Shown here in pieces: positions 18,760 through 28,754 of a stretch of DNA of 64,000 bases. This DNA comes from an uncultured candidatus Porisulfidus sp. Its GTDB lineage: Bacteria > Pseudomonadota > Gammaproteobacteria > Poriferisulfidales > Oxydemutatoraceae. How positions within the stretch are numbered: the stretch's first letter is position 1; the number at the start of each line of letters is the position of its first letter. The position numbers and the translations under genes are program-made. The notes under the pieces were generated by a model that saw only the letters and a list, made by a program, of their open reading frames with translations, made no database searches and was not told where the DNA came from. The DNA is taken from positions 992,001 through 1,056,000 of the forward strand of contig OZ244052.1 of assembly GCA_965215125.1 (NCBI GenBank). The letters run 5' to 3'.

Positions 18760-19227
18760 GTGACTACGACAGTATTTAATGTTGCAAATCATATATTGAA
18801 ACGCGACAAAAGATTTGATTTATTGCAGCTAATAAAGCTGTGCTACCTATCGTATGGGTGGTATTTAGCCTACCATGATAAAGAATTATTTGAAGAAAAG
18901 ATTGAGGCATGGAAGTATGGACCTGTTATTCCTGAACTCTACTATGCGTTAAAACATTTTAAGGGGCAGCTATTGCCCGATAATTGTCTTGAAAGCCTTA
19001 TAGAAAATAAAGGAATGACACCTGTTTTCTCTGAGGAAGCAGAGAGTTTAATTGGAGAAGTAGTGGAGGTTTATGGAGATTATAGCGGATTAGAATTATC
19101 TGCTTTGACCCATAAAAGAGGAACACCTTGGTATAACACCTACCATGGGAAAAGCAAACGTCCATGGGTTTATATTCCACGCAATGTAATAAAAGATTAC
19201 TATGATGAATTGAAAAATCGTACCTAG
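18760..19227 (+). CDS. Panacea-domain (SocA/DUF4065/GepA) antitoxin
   Basis: VANHIL, QLIKLCY, LF...IEAWKYGPV.PELY and LSALTH..GTPW motifs. Confidence 0.88.
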   Translation: MTTTVFNVANHILKRDKRFDLLQLIKLCYLSYGWYLAYHDKELFEEKIEAWKYGPVIPELYYALKHFKGQLLPDNCLESLIENKGMTPVFSEEAESLIGEVVEVYGDYSGLELSALTHKRGTPWYNTYHGKSKRPWVYIPRNVIKDYYDELKNRT

Positions 19228-19231
19228 TTAA

Positions 19232-19504
19232 ATGGCCAAGCAAACAGGAAAAATAATTAGTCCTACTGAGGAAGAAATTCGCCCTGAAGGAATTGCGACT
19301 GCAGAAGCTCAACTTGTTGCAGGCGGCAACTATGATGAAAAACCGAGTATAGAATTGCAAAAAAAAGAGGAGAATTTTGTAGAAAGACTAAAAAGTTTTA
19401 TCTATAAGGAAGGAACTTATAACGAAATCACTCCTCCAGCTAGCGAGCTTATCGAAAAACGAATTGATGATATGAGAAAAGTTCAAAAATTAATCAGTTC
19501 TTAA
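19232..19504 (+). CDS. Small hypothetical protein in the Panacea module
   Basis: 90-aa ORF starting 4 nt after the antitoxin stop, same strand. Confidence 0.55.
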   Translation: MAKQTGKIISPTEEEIRPEGIATAEAQLVAGGNYDEKPSIELQKKEENFVERLKSFIYKEGTYNEITPPASELIEKRIDDMRKVQKLISS

Positions 19505-19577
19505 ATAATCAATATTTGCCACTTTGCCGCTCATTTTAAATTCCTAGCCTTTGAAAATGAGCCCGCCCCTGTGATTT

Positions 19578-20232
19578 TTGATGCTTGATATAGAGAATCT
19601 AATTTGGACTATACCAGGTGCCACCGGCCTTTTGGTCTATAACAAGATTGTAAATTTGAAGTATCATCAAGCGGAAGGCTGGAGGTATCTTTTGGCGGTT
19701 GTATTTTTTGCTACACCATATTATTTTTTCCCTTCAATACTCCAATATATCCTCTCCTTGTTATCTCTACCAATTGACATATCAAAATCCGGTTTAATTA
19801 GATTAGTTGTCTCTGCGGTTCTTTCTGCTTTTTTGGGTTACTTGCTTGCTTTAGCCCGAAATAAAATACCTGATAATCTAAAATCTAGTCCATTCCATGA
19901 CTGTTGTTTTTTCTGGAAGGATAAAATTTGTCTTTATTACTTTAACCAATGGCAAAGTTTATCTTGCGCAGTTGCTTGATTATACAAAAGATTTAGGAAT
20001 TGAAGCCTCAATTAGGGTAGAACCTTTCACTAGTGGTTATAGGACTAAAAAAGGAAAAGTTCGCTGGACTTTTTTTTATCCAGTCGAGGATATTGCATTG
20101 TATAGGAAAATAGAGAGCATTAAAAACCCGGGTCTCATTATTCCATATAAAGAAATAGTAACTTTCTCTCTTTGAGATAATTCTCGGGAATTCACGGATG
20201 TCCCTAAAGTAGAAAAACATGAAAGGAAGTAA
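19578..20232 (+). pseudogene. Disrupted membrane protein (about 3 TM plus a soluble beta domain); candidate inactivated toxin/effector
   Basis: ORFs 19578-19979 and 19897-20175 join into one frame (...FWKDKFVFITLTNGKVY...) if one A is removed from the run at 19923-19926; after the TGA at 20173-20175 the frame stays open to a TAA at 20230-20232. Confidence 0.6.
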
Positions 20233-20401
20233 CTCTTCAATTCTCTCACGCCAAAACAGGTTTCCTGGCAAGCCAGAATCACGAACAGTGTTGCTGACCA
20301 AGCCGCCGGCATAGGTGCTTTGACACCCTACAATACCATGAAATTTTTCCCCCATTGGTGTAAATAATTGCAATATTACACTTTATAATAGCATTGGAAA
20401 T

Positions 20402-20474
20402 GGTAAGCGTGGTTCAATTGGTGGAGCGCACGATTGTGATTCCTGAGATTATGGGTTGCGCTCTATCGCCTATC
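20402..20474 (+). pseudogene. Decayed tRNA-His(GTG)-like sequence
   Basis: Cloverleaf with G-1:C73, acceptor GTAAGCG/CGCCTAT (1 mismatch), D arm GTTC/GAGC with a TGG loop, anticodon loop TTGTGAT and T arm ATGGG/TCTAT; degenerate 6-nt T loop, C:C mismatch in the anticodon stem, no CCA. Confidence 0.6.
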
Positions 20475-20518
20475 TTTTCGGTACTTTTCATTATCAACCA
20501 CGATAAAAGGAGATGTTG

Positions 20519-20570
20519 ATGAAGCGTATACATATCCACGTTGGTGTGGAGAATATAGATAAATTAGTAG
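20519..20570 (+). pseudogene. N-terminal remnant of an ArsI/CadI-like VOC (glyoxalase) gene
   Basis: AAGGAG RBS then MKRIHIHVGVENIDK, resembling the MKRxHxHVxVxxL start of that family; similarity is lost after about 15-17 codons. Confidence 0.45.
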
Positions 20571-20615
20571 AAAATAGTTTTGCCTGCCCTTTACTTTCTA
20601 TTGTGCTTTATCCCA

Positions 20616-21191
20616 CTACTCCTTTGTCGTTTCCATTTGAGAAGCCTCAATAGCTTCTTCCAGTTTCTCTTTTAACTCGGCAATAGCCTGCTTGGTGTTT
20701 GCATGATTTTCCTTGAGTAGTTTGGCATGTTCCAAAAGTGTTTGTTCTGGTGCATCTACGTTTTTCTCTGCTTTTTGATGTGGTTGCAGGAGGTCGTTGT
20801 TGCGATGTAGCAAATCAATCATACACTTTGAAATGACATAAGCATTGATAATCATTTTACGCAATTCGTCATCGGCAAGATAACCGATAGAGGAAGCGTT
20901 ACCGTCGTAGATAGTGAAGAAATTCTTGCCCATCGGATAGTGAATAAGAAAGGGCTGGTTTTCGCCTAGTTTTTCTATTTCCTTCCCGACATTTTCGTAA
21001 TAACCGTCCCATATAATCGTTATCTCACTATGAATGGCTCGGAGTAGGTTGTCAATCAGTCCTTTTTCTTTTTGCTCGGTGGCCTTTCGTTGGCGGGATA
21101 AACTTACTAGTAGTGCTATTATGGTAAGAGCACTCCCGATTACACCGGCAACAATAGCCATGATAGCAATACCATATAATATGAATTCCAT
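20616..21191 (-). CDS. Hypothetical protein with an N-terminal membrane anchor and helical/coiled-coil body
   Basis: 191-aa ORF, AGGAG RBS, about 30-residue hydrophobic N-terminus. Confidence 0.7.
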   Translation of the reverse strand: MEFILYGIAIMAIVAGVIGSALTIIALLVSLSRQRKATEQKEKGLIDNLLRAIHSEITIIWDGYYENVGKEIEKLGENQPFLIHYPMGKNFFTIYDGNASSIGYLADDELRKMIINAYVISKCMIDLLHRNNDLLQPHQKAEKNVDAPEQTLLEHAKLLKENHANTKQAIAELKEKLEEAIEASQMETTKE

Positions 21192-21302
21192 GTTTTACTC
21201 CTGATTAAGATGAAGTTGATGTTCCAATGAGAGTTATTGTATGGTACTTCCGATTTTCCTCAAAGGTAGCGATTTATCCGGAGACAGGCGGTTTAGGTTG
21301 TG

Positions 21303-21389
21303 AACCACCCCGTCAGGCTGCGCCTGCCACCCCTCCGAAGGAGGGGAATGTACCGTCCTACAGTTCGTGGATACTTTTTCAACAGCCCC
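21303..21389 (+). repeat. Repeat family A, full copy
   Basis: accaccccgtcaggctgcgcctgccacccctccgaaggaggggaatgtacc...gatactttttcaacagcccc; inverse of 14219-14306. Confidence 0.85.
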
Positions 21390-21467
21390 ATGTCACCCGA
21401 CGCAATGCAAGGTGGGAAATAATACTTATGGGAATATAATAGATGTTTTACATCTCCCCGCATTTAT

Positions 21468-24400
21468 TTGATACAAGCACAGTTGAATATTTTAGTTTTG
21501 AGAGCTTTAGCAAAAGTTCTTATGATATGGCTTCTAACGGCGGGCATGCAGTCTGTCGTCGCTCAGTCGGAGCAGTCGGATTTCTTTTATGACCGGCAGT
21601 GGCATTTGACCGGTCAGGAAATCATCGGGCGTGTAACTGCGTTTACCATAGATATTAATGTAGAACCGGTATGGGAGAGAACGCTCAAGGATGGACAGAC
21701 GAAAATAAGAGGTCAAGGCACATACATTGCCATAGTAGACGGAGATCTGCCGATTGCACGCCAATCTGCTACAACCCAGACATTGGCTCACCCGGATCTA
21801 ATAGAAAACATATCAACCCAACACAGCGTTGATTATTATCCTTCCGTGATTGATCCTGATGGGCATGCGACCGCCGTAGCGGGTATTGCTGCGGCGCGCG
21901 GTTATAACCGAATAGGCGTTAGAGGGGTGGCACCTTGGGCAAGAGTTTATGGCTTGAATATCTTGGGAATACCCGATGGGGACAGGAGTATTTCGGCAAT
22001 CACTAGAGATATAGCTACCTTAGACGCCATGGTTCGTCATACCACAATAACTGCGGTTTCCAATAACAGTTGGGGAAGCGTGCCTCCTTTTCAACCGTCC
22101 GGTTCTCGTCTTAGGGCATGGGAAATGGCAATAGAAACCGGCATTGAGGACGGATTCCACGGCAAAGGGGTAGTCTACACTTGGGCTGCCGGAAATAACC
22201 GTTGTATTAGCAGAAGAATATCGTCTAACCGCTACGAACAAGTTTGTAACATAGATAATTCAAATTATGACGGCAGGGCAAAGCATTATGCAACCGTTGC
22301 CGTATGTGCGGTGGATTATCGGGGAAGACATGCTACGTATTCGGAACTAGGTGCCAATTTGTGGGTTTGTGCGCCATCACGGGATGCCATTTTCAATCCC
22401 ACATTCGGGATAAACCAATTTACACGAGGGATTACTACAACCTATAGAGGAATCTTTAGAGGGGTCTACGACCATTACTTTTACCGTCCTATTTTCGGCG
22501 GAACCTCTGCGGCAGCTCCGATGGTCAGCGGTGTGGTGGCATTGATGCGGCAGGTCAACCCGAGTCTTAGCTGGCGCGATGTGAAGCTCATTCTGGCTAA
22601 TTCCGCAAGGCAAAACGACTTTACGGACGACGGCTGGGCGCAAGGTGCCGTAAAGTATGGTTCGTCCAGCGATGATGTCGAGGCGCGCTATCATTTTAAC
22701 CACAAATATGGCTTCGGTCTTGTTGACGCAGAAAAAGCGGTTGAAATGGCGGAAGGGTGGATCAATCTTCCCCCCGTAGCACCGTATACGGAAGTAAGCA
22801 CCAGCAATCTGAGCCTTATGTTAAGTGCCGATAATCCGGTTATCAATAGCGATATATCCGTCCAGTCCGATATCAATTTTATAGAATACATGGAGATCCC
22901 TATCAGATTAATACACCCTCTAATTCAAGATTTAAGCGTTGAATTGATCTCGCCGTCAGGTGCTATTTCAAGCCTATTTATACCCTCCACTCATCCCATC
23001 AGTAGTAACAGTTCATACGCAGTCAATACTAGTAGTAGAGGCAGCTCTTGGCGTTTCGGTTCAAGCGTGCATTTAGGCGAAGATCCGTCGGGGATTTGGC
23101 GATTAAGGTTTGAAGACACAAGAGCTACAACCGGCACTTTGATTGCGTGGGGAGTGAGGATACGCGGCTATCGGATAAAAATGGATGCTACTCCTGCTGT
23201 CGGGTTATCGGACGAAAATGTAGCCGAAACCCCGCTGACTTTGTCTTTGATTGGTGCAAGTTGGGAAAAAGATTTGCAGTCTAGCGATTTTAGTTTGAGG
23301 AATGCGCCGGCAGGGTTGCGCATTGCGAGTGTGCGCCGTACTTCTGATACACAAGTTGAACTGAATCTTGCGTTGGATAAAGGCTTTGCGCAGGACTACC
23401 TTTTTCAAGTTGAAGCAACGACCAGTACCGTTCCAAACATTAGAAATCCTCTTATTAGCAACGACATACCAATAGTATGGGAAACGAACGAAGCACCGAT
23501 ACTTGAAATTGTTGCCTCACCGGAGCGTGCGATAGAACTGGGAGGTACCGCAGATGTGGTGGTCTCGGTGGCAGATAATAATTTTGATGTGGGTGATCGC
23601 GTCACATTGACGGCGAAGTCATCGAGCCGAACGATCGTATCGGTGACCACATCGGCGCAAACCGACAATATAACGAATGATGCAAGTATTACCTTTACGC
23701 TAACCGCTGAGCAAAACGGAGAAGCGACGGTTACATTTACTGCAACCGATAACAACGGGTTAAAAGATAGTGAAACCGTGTCGGTGCAGGTCAACGCACC
23801 ACCGACGATTACATCTTTTGACGACACAGTCTCGGTCAAGGAAGGCAGAGAGCAGACTATTGCAGTGTCGGTATCCGATGCCGACACCGACGACAGCTTA
23901 ACTTTATCGCTAACCGCAATGGATGAGAACCAAGATATAGTGGAATTGGTGACCACCAATGTGATAGTAATGACCAACGGCAGTGTTGCAAGAGACGCAC
24001 AAGCTCTAAAGATTAAAGGGTTGAAAGCCGGTGTGGCAACACTCAATATCACCGTGAGCGATGCACACACCGAGTCGGTTGCGGCTTCGGTCTCGGTGAC
24101 GGTGGAGCGGAACACGGCTCCGACGATTATTGGTATTCCCGAACAATCCATCAGATTGTTGGAAGGAACAGAAACTACGCTGAATGTTGTGATAAACGAT
24201 GCCGACGACGATAGCCTTAGTGTAAGAATTGATACCGGCAATAGCCTGATTGCAACCGCAACGATTATTACGACCGATGGTGCTACCCGCACACTTGAAG
24301 TTAGCGGTGTCGGTGCCGGTAGTGCGACGATTATGGTGACGGTAAATGACGGCAGAGGTCTATCAAATTCAAGGATTTTGGAGGAATTTGAAGTGCGAGT

Positions 24401-27400
24401 AGAAGCGAATACGAAACCGACGATTATGATTACACCGCCCACCGTTCCAACGATGCAGTTGAATGACATGACCGATGTCGTTGTCTCGGTGGCGGATGAT
24501 AATTTTGATGTGGGTGATAGTGTCACATTGGAAGCGATGTCGTCGAGCCGAACGATCGTATCGGTGACGACATCTGTAGAAACCGACGATATAACGACCA
24601 ATACGAGTATCACCTTCACACTAACTGCCGAGCAAAGCGGAGAAGCGGTGATTACATTCACCGCAACCGACAGCAACGAGTCAACAAACAGTAAAACCGT
24701 GTCGGTGCGAGTCAATGCCTCTCCGACGATTACATCTTTTGACAATACAGTCTCGGTCAAGGAGGGCAGAGAGCAGACTATTGCAGTGTCGGTATCCGAT
24801 GCCGATACCGACGACAGCTTAACTTTATCGCTAACCGCAATGAATGAGAACCAAGATGTAGTGGAATTGGTGACCACCAGTGTGATGGTAATGACCAACG
24901 GCAGTGTTACAAGAGACGCACAAACTCTAAAGATTAAAGGATTGAAAGCCGGTGTGGCAACACTCAATATCACCGTGAGCGATGCACACACCGAGTCGGT
25001 TTCGGCTTCGGTCTCGGTGACGGTGGAGCGGAACACGGCTCCGACGATTATTGGTATTCCCGAACAACCCATCAAATTGTTGGAAGGAACAGAAACTACG
25101 CTGAATGTTGTGATAAACGATGCCGATGTAGACGATAGCCTTAGTGTAAGAATTGATACCGGCAATAGCCTGATTGCAACCGCAACGATTATTGCGACCG
25201 ATGGTGCTACCCGCACACTTGAAGTTAGCGGTGTCGGTGCCGGTAGTGCGACGATTATGGTGACGGTAAATGACGGCAGAGGTCTATCGAATTCAAGGAT
25301 TTCGGAGGAATTTGAAGTGCGAGTAGAAGCGAATACGAAACCGACAATTATGATTACACCGCCCACCGTTCCAACGATGCAGTTGAATGACATGACCGAT
25401 GTCGTTGTCTCGGTGGCGGATGATAATTTCGATTTGGGTGATAGTGTCACATTGGAAGCGATGTCGTCGAGCCGAACGATCATATCGGTGGCGACATCTG
25501 CAGAAACCGACGATATAACCACTAATACGAGTATCACCTTTACGCTAACCGCCGAGCAGAGCGGAGAAGCGGTGATTACATTCACCGCAACCGACAGCAA
25601 CGAGTCAACAAACAGTAAAACCGTGTCGGTGCGTGTCAACACGCCTCCGACGATTACATCTTTTGACAATACAGTCTCGGTCAAGGAAGGCAGAGAGCAG
25701 GCTATTGCAGTGTCGGTATCCGATGCCGATACCGACGACAGCTTAACTTTATCGCTAACCGCAATGGATGAGAACCAAGATGTAGTGGAATTGGTGACCA
25801 CCAGTGTGATGGTAATGACCAACGGCAGTGTTACAAGAGACGCACAAACTCTAAAGATTAAAGGGTTGAAAGCCGGTGTGGCAACACTCAATATCACCGT
25901 GAGCGATGAACACACCGAGTCGGTTTCGGCTTCGGTCTCGGTGACGGTGGAGCGGAACACGGCTCCGACGATTATTGGTATTCCCGAACAACCCATCAAA
26001 TTGTTGGAAGGAACAGAAACTACGCTGAATGTAACAATAAACGATGCCGACGACGACGATAGCCCTAGTGTAAGCATTGATACCGGCAATAGCCTGATTG
26101 CAACCGCAACGATTATTGCGACCGATGGTGCTACCCGCACACTTGAAGTTAGCGGTGTCGGTGCCGGTAGTGCGACGATTATGGTGACGGTAAATGACGG
26201 CAGAGGTCTATCAAATTCAAGGATTTCGGAGGAATTTGAAGTGCGAGTAGAAGCGAATACGAAACCGACAATTATGATTACACCGTCATTGGATCAAACA
26301 CTATCCCTGAATAGTACGGCTCATATTGTTGTCTCGGTGGCGGATGATAATTTCGATTTGGATGATATCGTCACATTGGAAGCGATGTCGTCGAGCCGAA
26401 CGATCGTATCGGTGACGACATCTGCGGAAACCGACGATATAACGACCAATACGAGTATCACCTTTACACTAACCGCCGAGCAGAGCGGAGAAGCGGTGAT
26501 TACATTCACCGCAACCGACAGCAACGAGTCAACAAACAGTAAAACCGTGTCGGTGCGAGTCAATGCCTCTCCGACGATTACATCTTTTGACAATACAGTC
26601 TCGGTCAAGGAGGGCAGAGAGCAGACTATTGCAGTGTTGGTATCCGATGCCGACACCGACGACAGCTTAACTTTATCGTTAACCGCAATAGATGAGAACC
26701 AAGATGTAGTGGAATTGGTGACCACCAGTGTGATGGTAATGACCAACGGCAGTGTTACAAGAGACGCACAAACTCTAAAGATTAAAGGGTTGAAAGCCGG
26801 TGTGGCAACACTCAATATCACCGTGAGCGATGAACACACCGAGTCGGTTTCGGCTTCGGTCTTGGTGACGGTGGAGCGGAACACGGCTCCGACGATTATT
26901 GGTATTCCCGAACAACCCATCAAATTGTTGGAAGGAACAGAAACTACGCTGAATGTAACAATAAACGATGCCGACGACGACGATAGCCTTAGTGTAAGCA
27001 TTGATACCGGCAATAGCCTGATTGCAACCGCAACGATTATTGCGACCGATGGTGCTACCCGCACACTTGAAGTTAGCGGTGTCGGTGCCGGTAGTGCGAC
27101 GATTATGGTGACGGTAAATGACGGCAGAGGTCTATCGAATTCAAGGATTTCGGAGGAATTTGAAGTGCGAGTAGAAGCGAATACGAAACCGACAATTATG
27201 ATTACACCGTCATTGGATCAAACACTATCCCTGAATAGTACGGCTCATATTGTTGTCTCGGTGGCGGATGATAATTTCAATTTGGGTGATAGTGTCACAT
27301 TGGAAGCGATGTCGTCGAGCCGAACGATTGTATCGGTGACGACATCTGCAGAAACCGACGATATAACGACCAATACGAGTATCACCTTCACACTAACCGC

Positions 27401-28754
27401 CGAGCAAAACGGAGAAGCGGTGATTACATTCACCGCAACCGACAGCAACGAGTCAACAAACAGTAAAACCGTGTCGGTGCGTGTCAACACACCACCGCAA
27501 GTAGTGTTCGAGCGGGTACCTTCAAAACCGATCGTGGCAACGGTAGGAGAAGCATTTAGACTAGAGACTGGCGGCTACTTTAGCGATGCCGACAATGATG
27601 TACTGACATACAGTATCGTAGTAGACCCGAACAACTTAAGTTATAACTTCAGCACCACCGGCACATTGACATTTACACCTGTAAATGCAAGCACAAACAC
27701 AGCAGGTTTTACCGTAATCGTGTCGGCATCCGACGGCAAGGGTGGCACTGCGCAGGCGACCTTCACCTTATTGATAGATGCTAAGCTGGAAGGACGCGTG
27801 ATTATAACACCCGATACCACCGATAAATGGCTACTGAATACGACTTCAACGATAATGGATGCAAACGGCATCGCTGAGACAAATTATCAGTGGTATAGAA
27901 ATGATGCAATGATAAGTGAAGCAACCAATAATACTTATGAGATACCGGACAATAGAAACGGACGAGCCACAGGGACACGCTATAGATTGGATGTGATGAT
28001 TTTGGACAGCTTAGGAAGAAAGGAGACTACTCAATCCAATACGATTACGATCGCAAACGAAGAACCCGTTATTGCCGGGCAGATTACTGTTTTGCCATCT
28101 CCGGTGGAGGAAGGGCAGGAAGCGGTAATTACTGTTCCCGCCAGTGATGCAAACTACGACAGCTTGGCTTATGACTGGCGCGTGACCAGTGCGCATAACG
28201 GAATAACCGTATCCGGAAACCCGGCAACATTAATCACTTCACCCGACTTTGTAGATGCTGCATCCACTAAAACGACGGTGAACTTGGAAGTGGCAGTGGG
28301 TGACGGATCTGCCGCTACGACAGGAATGGTGTCGGTGGTGGTACGTAAGATAAATAATGGTTCTGTGACTTTGGGAATTTCCATAAAGGTGGGAAGTAGC
28401 GCAACGACATTAACAGCGAGGGTATTATCTGACGATCCCGACGGTGGAACGAGTGGGACTGTAGTGTATCAATGGCAAGTATGTGAAGGGAGTGGAGGAC
28501 GTTGTCTGCCGGGGCGGCAATGGCAGAATATCAACGAAGCCACTGAAACAACCTACATAATATCGGGTTCTAGAATTTTAGTAGGAAACGATTCGTTTTC
28601 TTTGGTAGAAGACAGTAGCATATTTCGCATCAAAGCGACCTATAGTGATGGTCAGAGATATAAGGAGAATGTTTATTCGGCAGGACGTATTTATACGACC
28701 CGTCCAGTACTTAGGATTCGCTCCAGAGTATTTTTGGAGAGTCCCCTCCAATAG
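21468..28754 (+). CDS. Giant secreted S8 (kexin/furin-like) serine protease with P-domain and tandem Ig/cadherin-like repeats
   Basis: Signal peptide; catalytic D (IAIVDG), H (GHATAVAG), oxyanion N (WAAGN) and S (GGTSAAAP); HKYGFG; P-domain (LISPSG, GEDPSGIWRL); Thr/Val/Asp-rich repeats with NxxP and DxDxDD motifs. Confidence 0.9.
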   Translation: MIQAQLNILVLRALAKVLMIWLLTAGMQSVVAQSEQSDFFYDRQWHLTGQEIIGRVTAFTIDINVEPVWERTLKDGQTKIRGQGTYIAIVDGDLPIARQSATTQTLAHPDLIENISTQHSVDYYPSVIDPDGHATAVAGIAAARGYNRIGVRGVAPWARVYGLNILGIPDGDRSISAITRDIATLDAMVRHTTITAVSNNSWGSVPPFQPSGSRLRAWEMAIETGIEDGFHGKGVVYTWAAGNNRCISRRISSNRYEQVCNIDNSNYDGRAKHYATVAVCAVDYRGRHATYSELGANLWVCAPSRDAIFNPTFGINQFTRGITTTYRGIFRGVYDHYFYRPIFGGTSAAAPMVSGVVALMRQVNPSLSWRDVKLILANSARQNDFTDDGWAQGAVKYGSSSDDVEARYHFNHKYGFGLVDAEKAVEMAEGWINLPPVAPYTEVSTSNLSLMLSADNPVINSDISVQSDINFIEYMEIPIRLIHPLIQDLSVELISPSGAISSLFIPSTHPISSNSSYAVNTSSRGSSWRFGSSVHLGEDPSGIWRLRFEDTRATTGTLIAWGVRIRGYRIKMDATPAVGLSDENVAETPLTLSLIGASWEKDLQSSDFSLRNAPAGLRIASVRRTSDTQVELNLALDKGFAQDYLFQVEATTSTVPNIRNPLISNDIPIVWETNEAPILEIVASPERAIELGGTADVVVSVADNNFDVGDRVTLTAKSSSRTIVSVTTSAQTDNITNDASITFTLTAEQNGEATVTFTATDNNGLKDSETVSVQVNAPPTITSFDDTVSVKEGREQTIAVSVSDADTDDSLTLSLTAMDENQDIVELVTTNVIVMTNGSVARDAQALKIKGLKAGVATLNITVSDAHTESVAASVSVTVERNTAPTIIGIPEQSIRLLEGTETTLNVVINDADDDSLSVRIDTGNSLIATATIITTDGATRTLEVSGVGAGSATIMVTVNDGRGLSNSRILEEFEVRVEANTKPTIMITPPTVPTMQLNDMTDVVVSVADDNFDVGDSVTLEAMSSSRTIVSVTTSVETDDITTNTSITFTLTAEQSGEAVITFTATDSNESTNSKTVSVRVNASPTITSFDNTVSVKEGREQTIAVSVSDADTDDSLTLSLTAMNENQDVVELVTTSVMVMTNGSVTRDAQTLKIKGLKAGVATLNITVSDAHTESVSASVSVTVERNTAPTIIGIPEQPIKLLEGTETTLNVVINDADVDDSLSVRIDTGNSLIATATIIATDGATRTLEVSGVGAGSATIMVTVNDGRGLSNSRISEEFEVRVEANTKPTIMITPPTVPTMQLNDMTDVVVSVADDNFDLGDSVTLEAMSSSRTIISVATSAETDDITTNTSITFTLTAEQSGEAVITFTATDSNESTNSKTVSVRVNTPPTITSFDNTVSVKEGREQAIAVSVSDADTDDSLTLSLTAMDENQDVVELVTTSVMVMTNGSVTRDAQTLKIKGLKAGVATLNITVSDEHTESVSASVSVTVERNTAPTIIGIPEQPIKLLEGTETTLNVTINDADDDDSPSVSIDTGNSLIATATIIATDGATRTLEVSGVGAGSATIMVTVNDGRGLSNSRISEEFEVRVEANTKPTIMITPSLDQTLSLNSTAHIVVSVADDNFDLDDIVTLEAMSSSRTIVSVTTSAETDDITTNTSITFTLTAEQSGEAVITFTATDSNESTNSKTVSVRVNASPTITSFDNTVSVKEGREQTIAVLVSDADTDDSLTLSLTAIDENQDVVELVTTSVMVMTNGSVTRDAQTLKIKGLKAGVATLNITVSDEHTESVSASVLVTVERNTAPTIIGIPEQPIKLLEGTETTLNVTINDADDDDSLSVSIDTGNSLIATATIIATDGATRTLEVSGVGAGSATIMVTVNDGRGLSNSRISEEFEVRVEANTKPTIMITPSLDQTLSLNSTAHIVVSVADDNFNLGDSVTLEAMSSSRTIVSVTTSAETDDITTNTSITFTLTAEQNGEAVITFTATDSNESTNSKTVSVRVNTPPQVVFERVPSKPIVATVGEAFRLETGGYFSDADNDVLTYSIVVDPNNLSYNFSTTGTLTFTPVNASTNTAGFTVIVSASDGKGGTAQATFTLLIDAKLEGRVIITPDTTDKWLLNTTSTIMDANGIAETNYQWYRNDAMISEATNNTYEIPDNRNGRATGTRYRLDVMILDSLGRKETTQSNTITIANEEPVIAGQITVLPSPVEEGQEAVITVPASDANYDSLAYDWRVTSAHNGITVSGNPATLITSPDFVDAASTKTTVNLEVAVGDGSAATTGMVSVVVRKINNGSVTLGISIKVGSSATTLTARVLSDDPDGGTSGTVVYQWQVCEGSGGRCLPGRQWQNINEATETTYIISGSRILVGNDSFSLVEDSSIFRIKATYSDGQRYKENVYSAGRIYTTRPVLRIRSRVFLESPLQ
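23800..27495 (+). repeat. Four near-identical in-frame tandem units of 921-924 bp (about three Ig-like domains each), preceded by a more diverged partial unit
   Basis: ccgacgattacatcttttgac recurs at 23802, 24723, 25647 and 26571 (spacings 921, 924, 924). Confidence 0.95.

Noticed and set aside
23405-27490. Long antisense ORFs (911 aa, 247 aa, 81 aa) opposite the protease repeats
   Set aside because: Shadow frames of a repetitive Thr/Val/Ser/Asp-rich gene; the plus strand carries the recognisable domains
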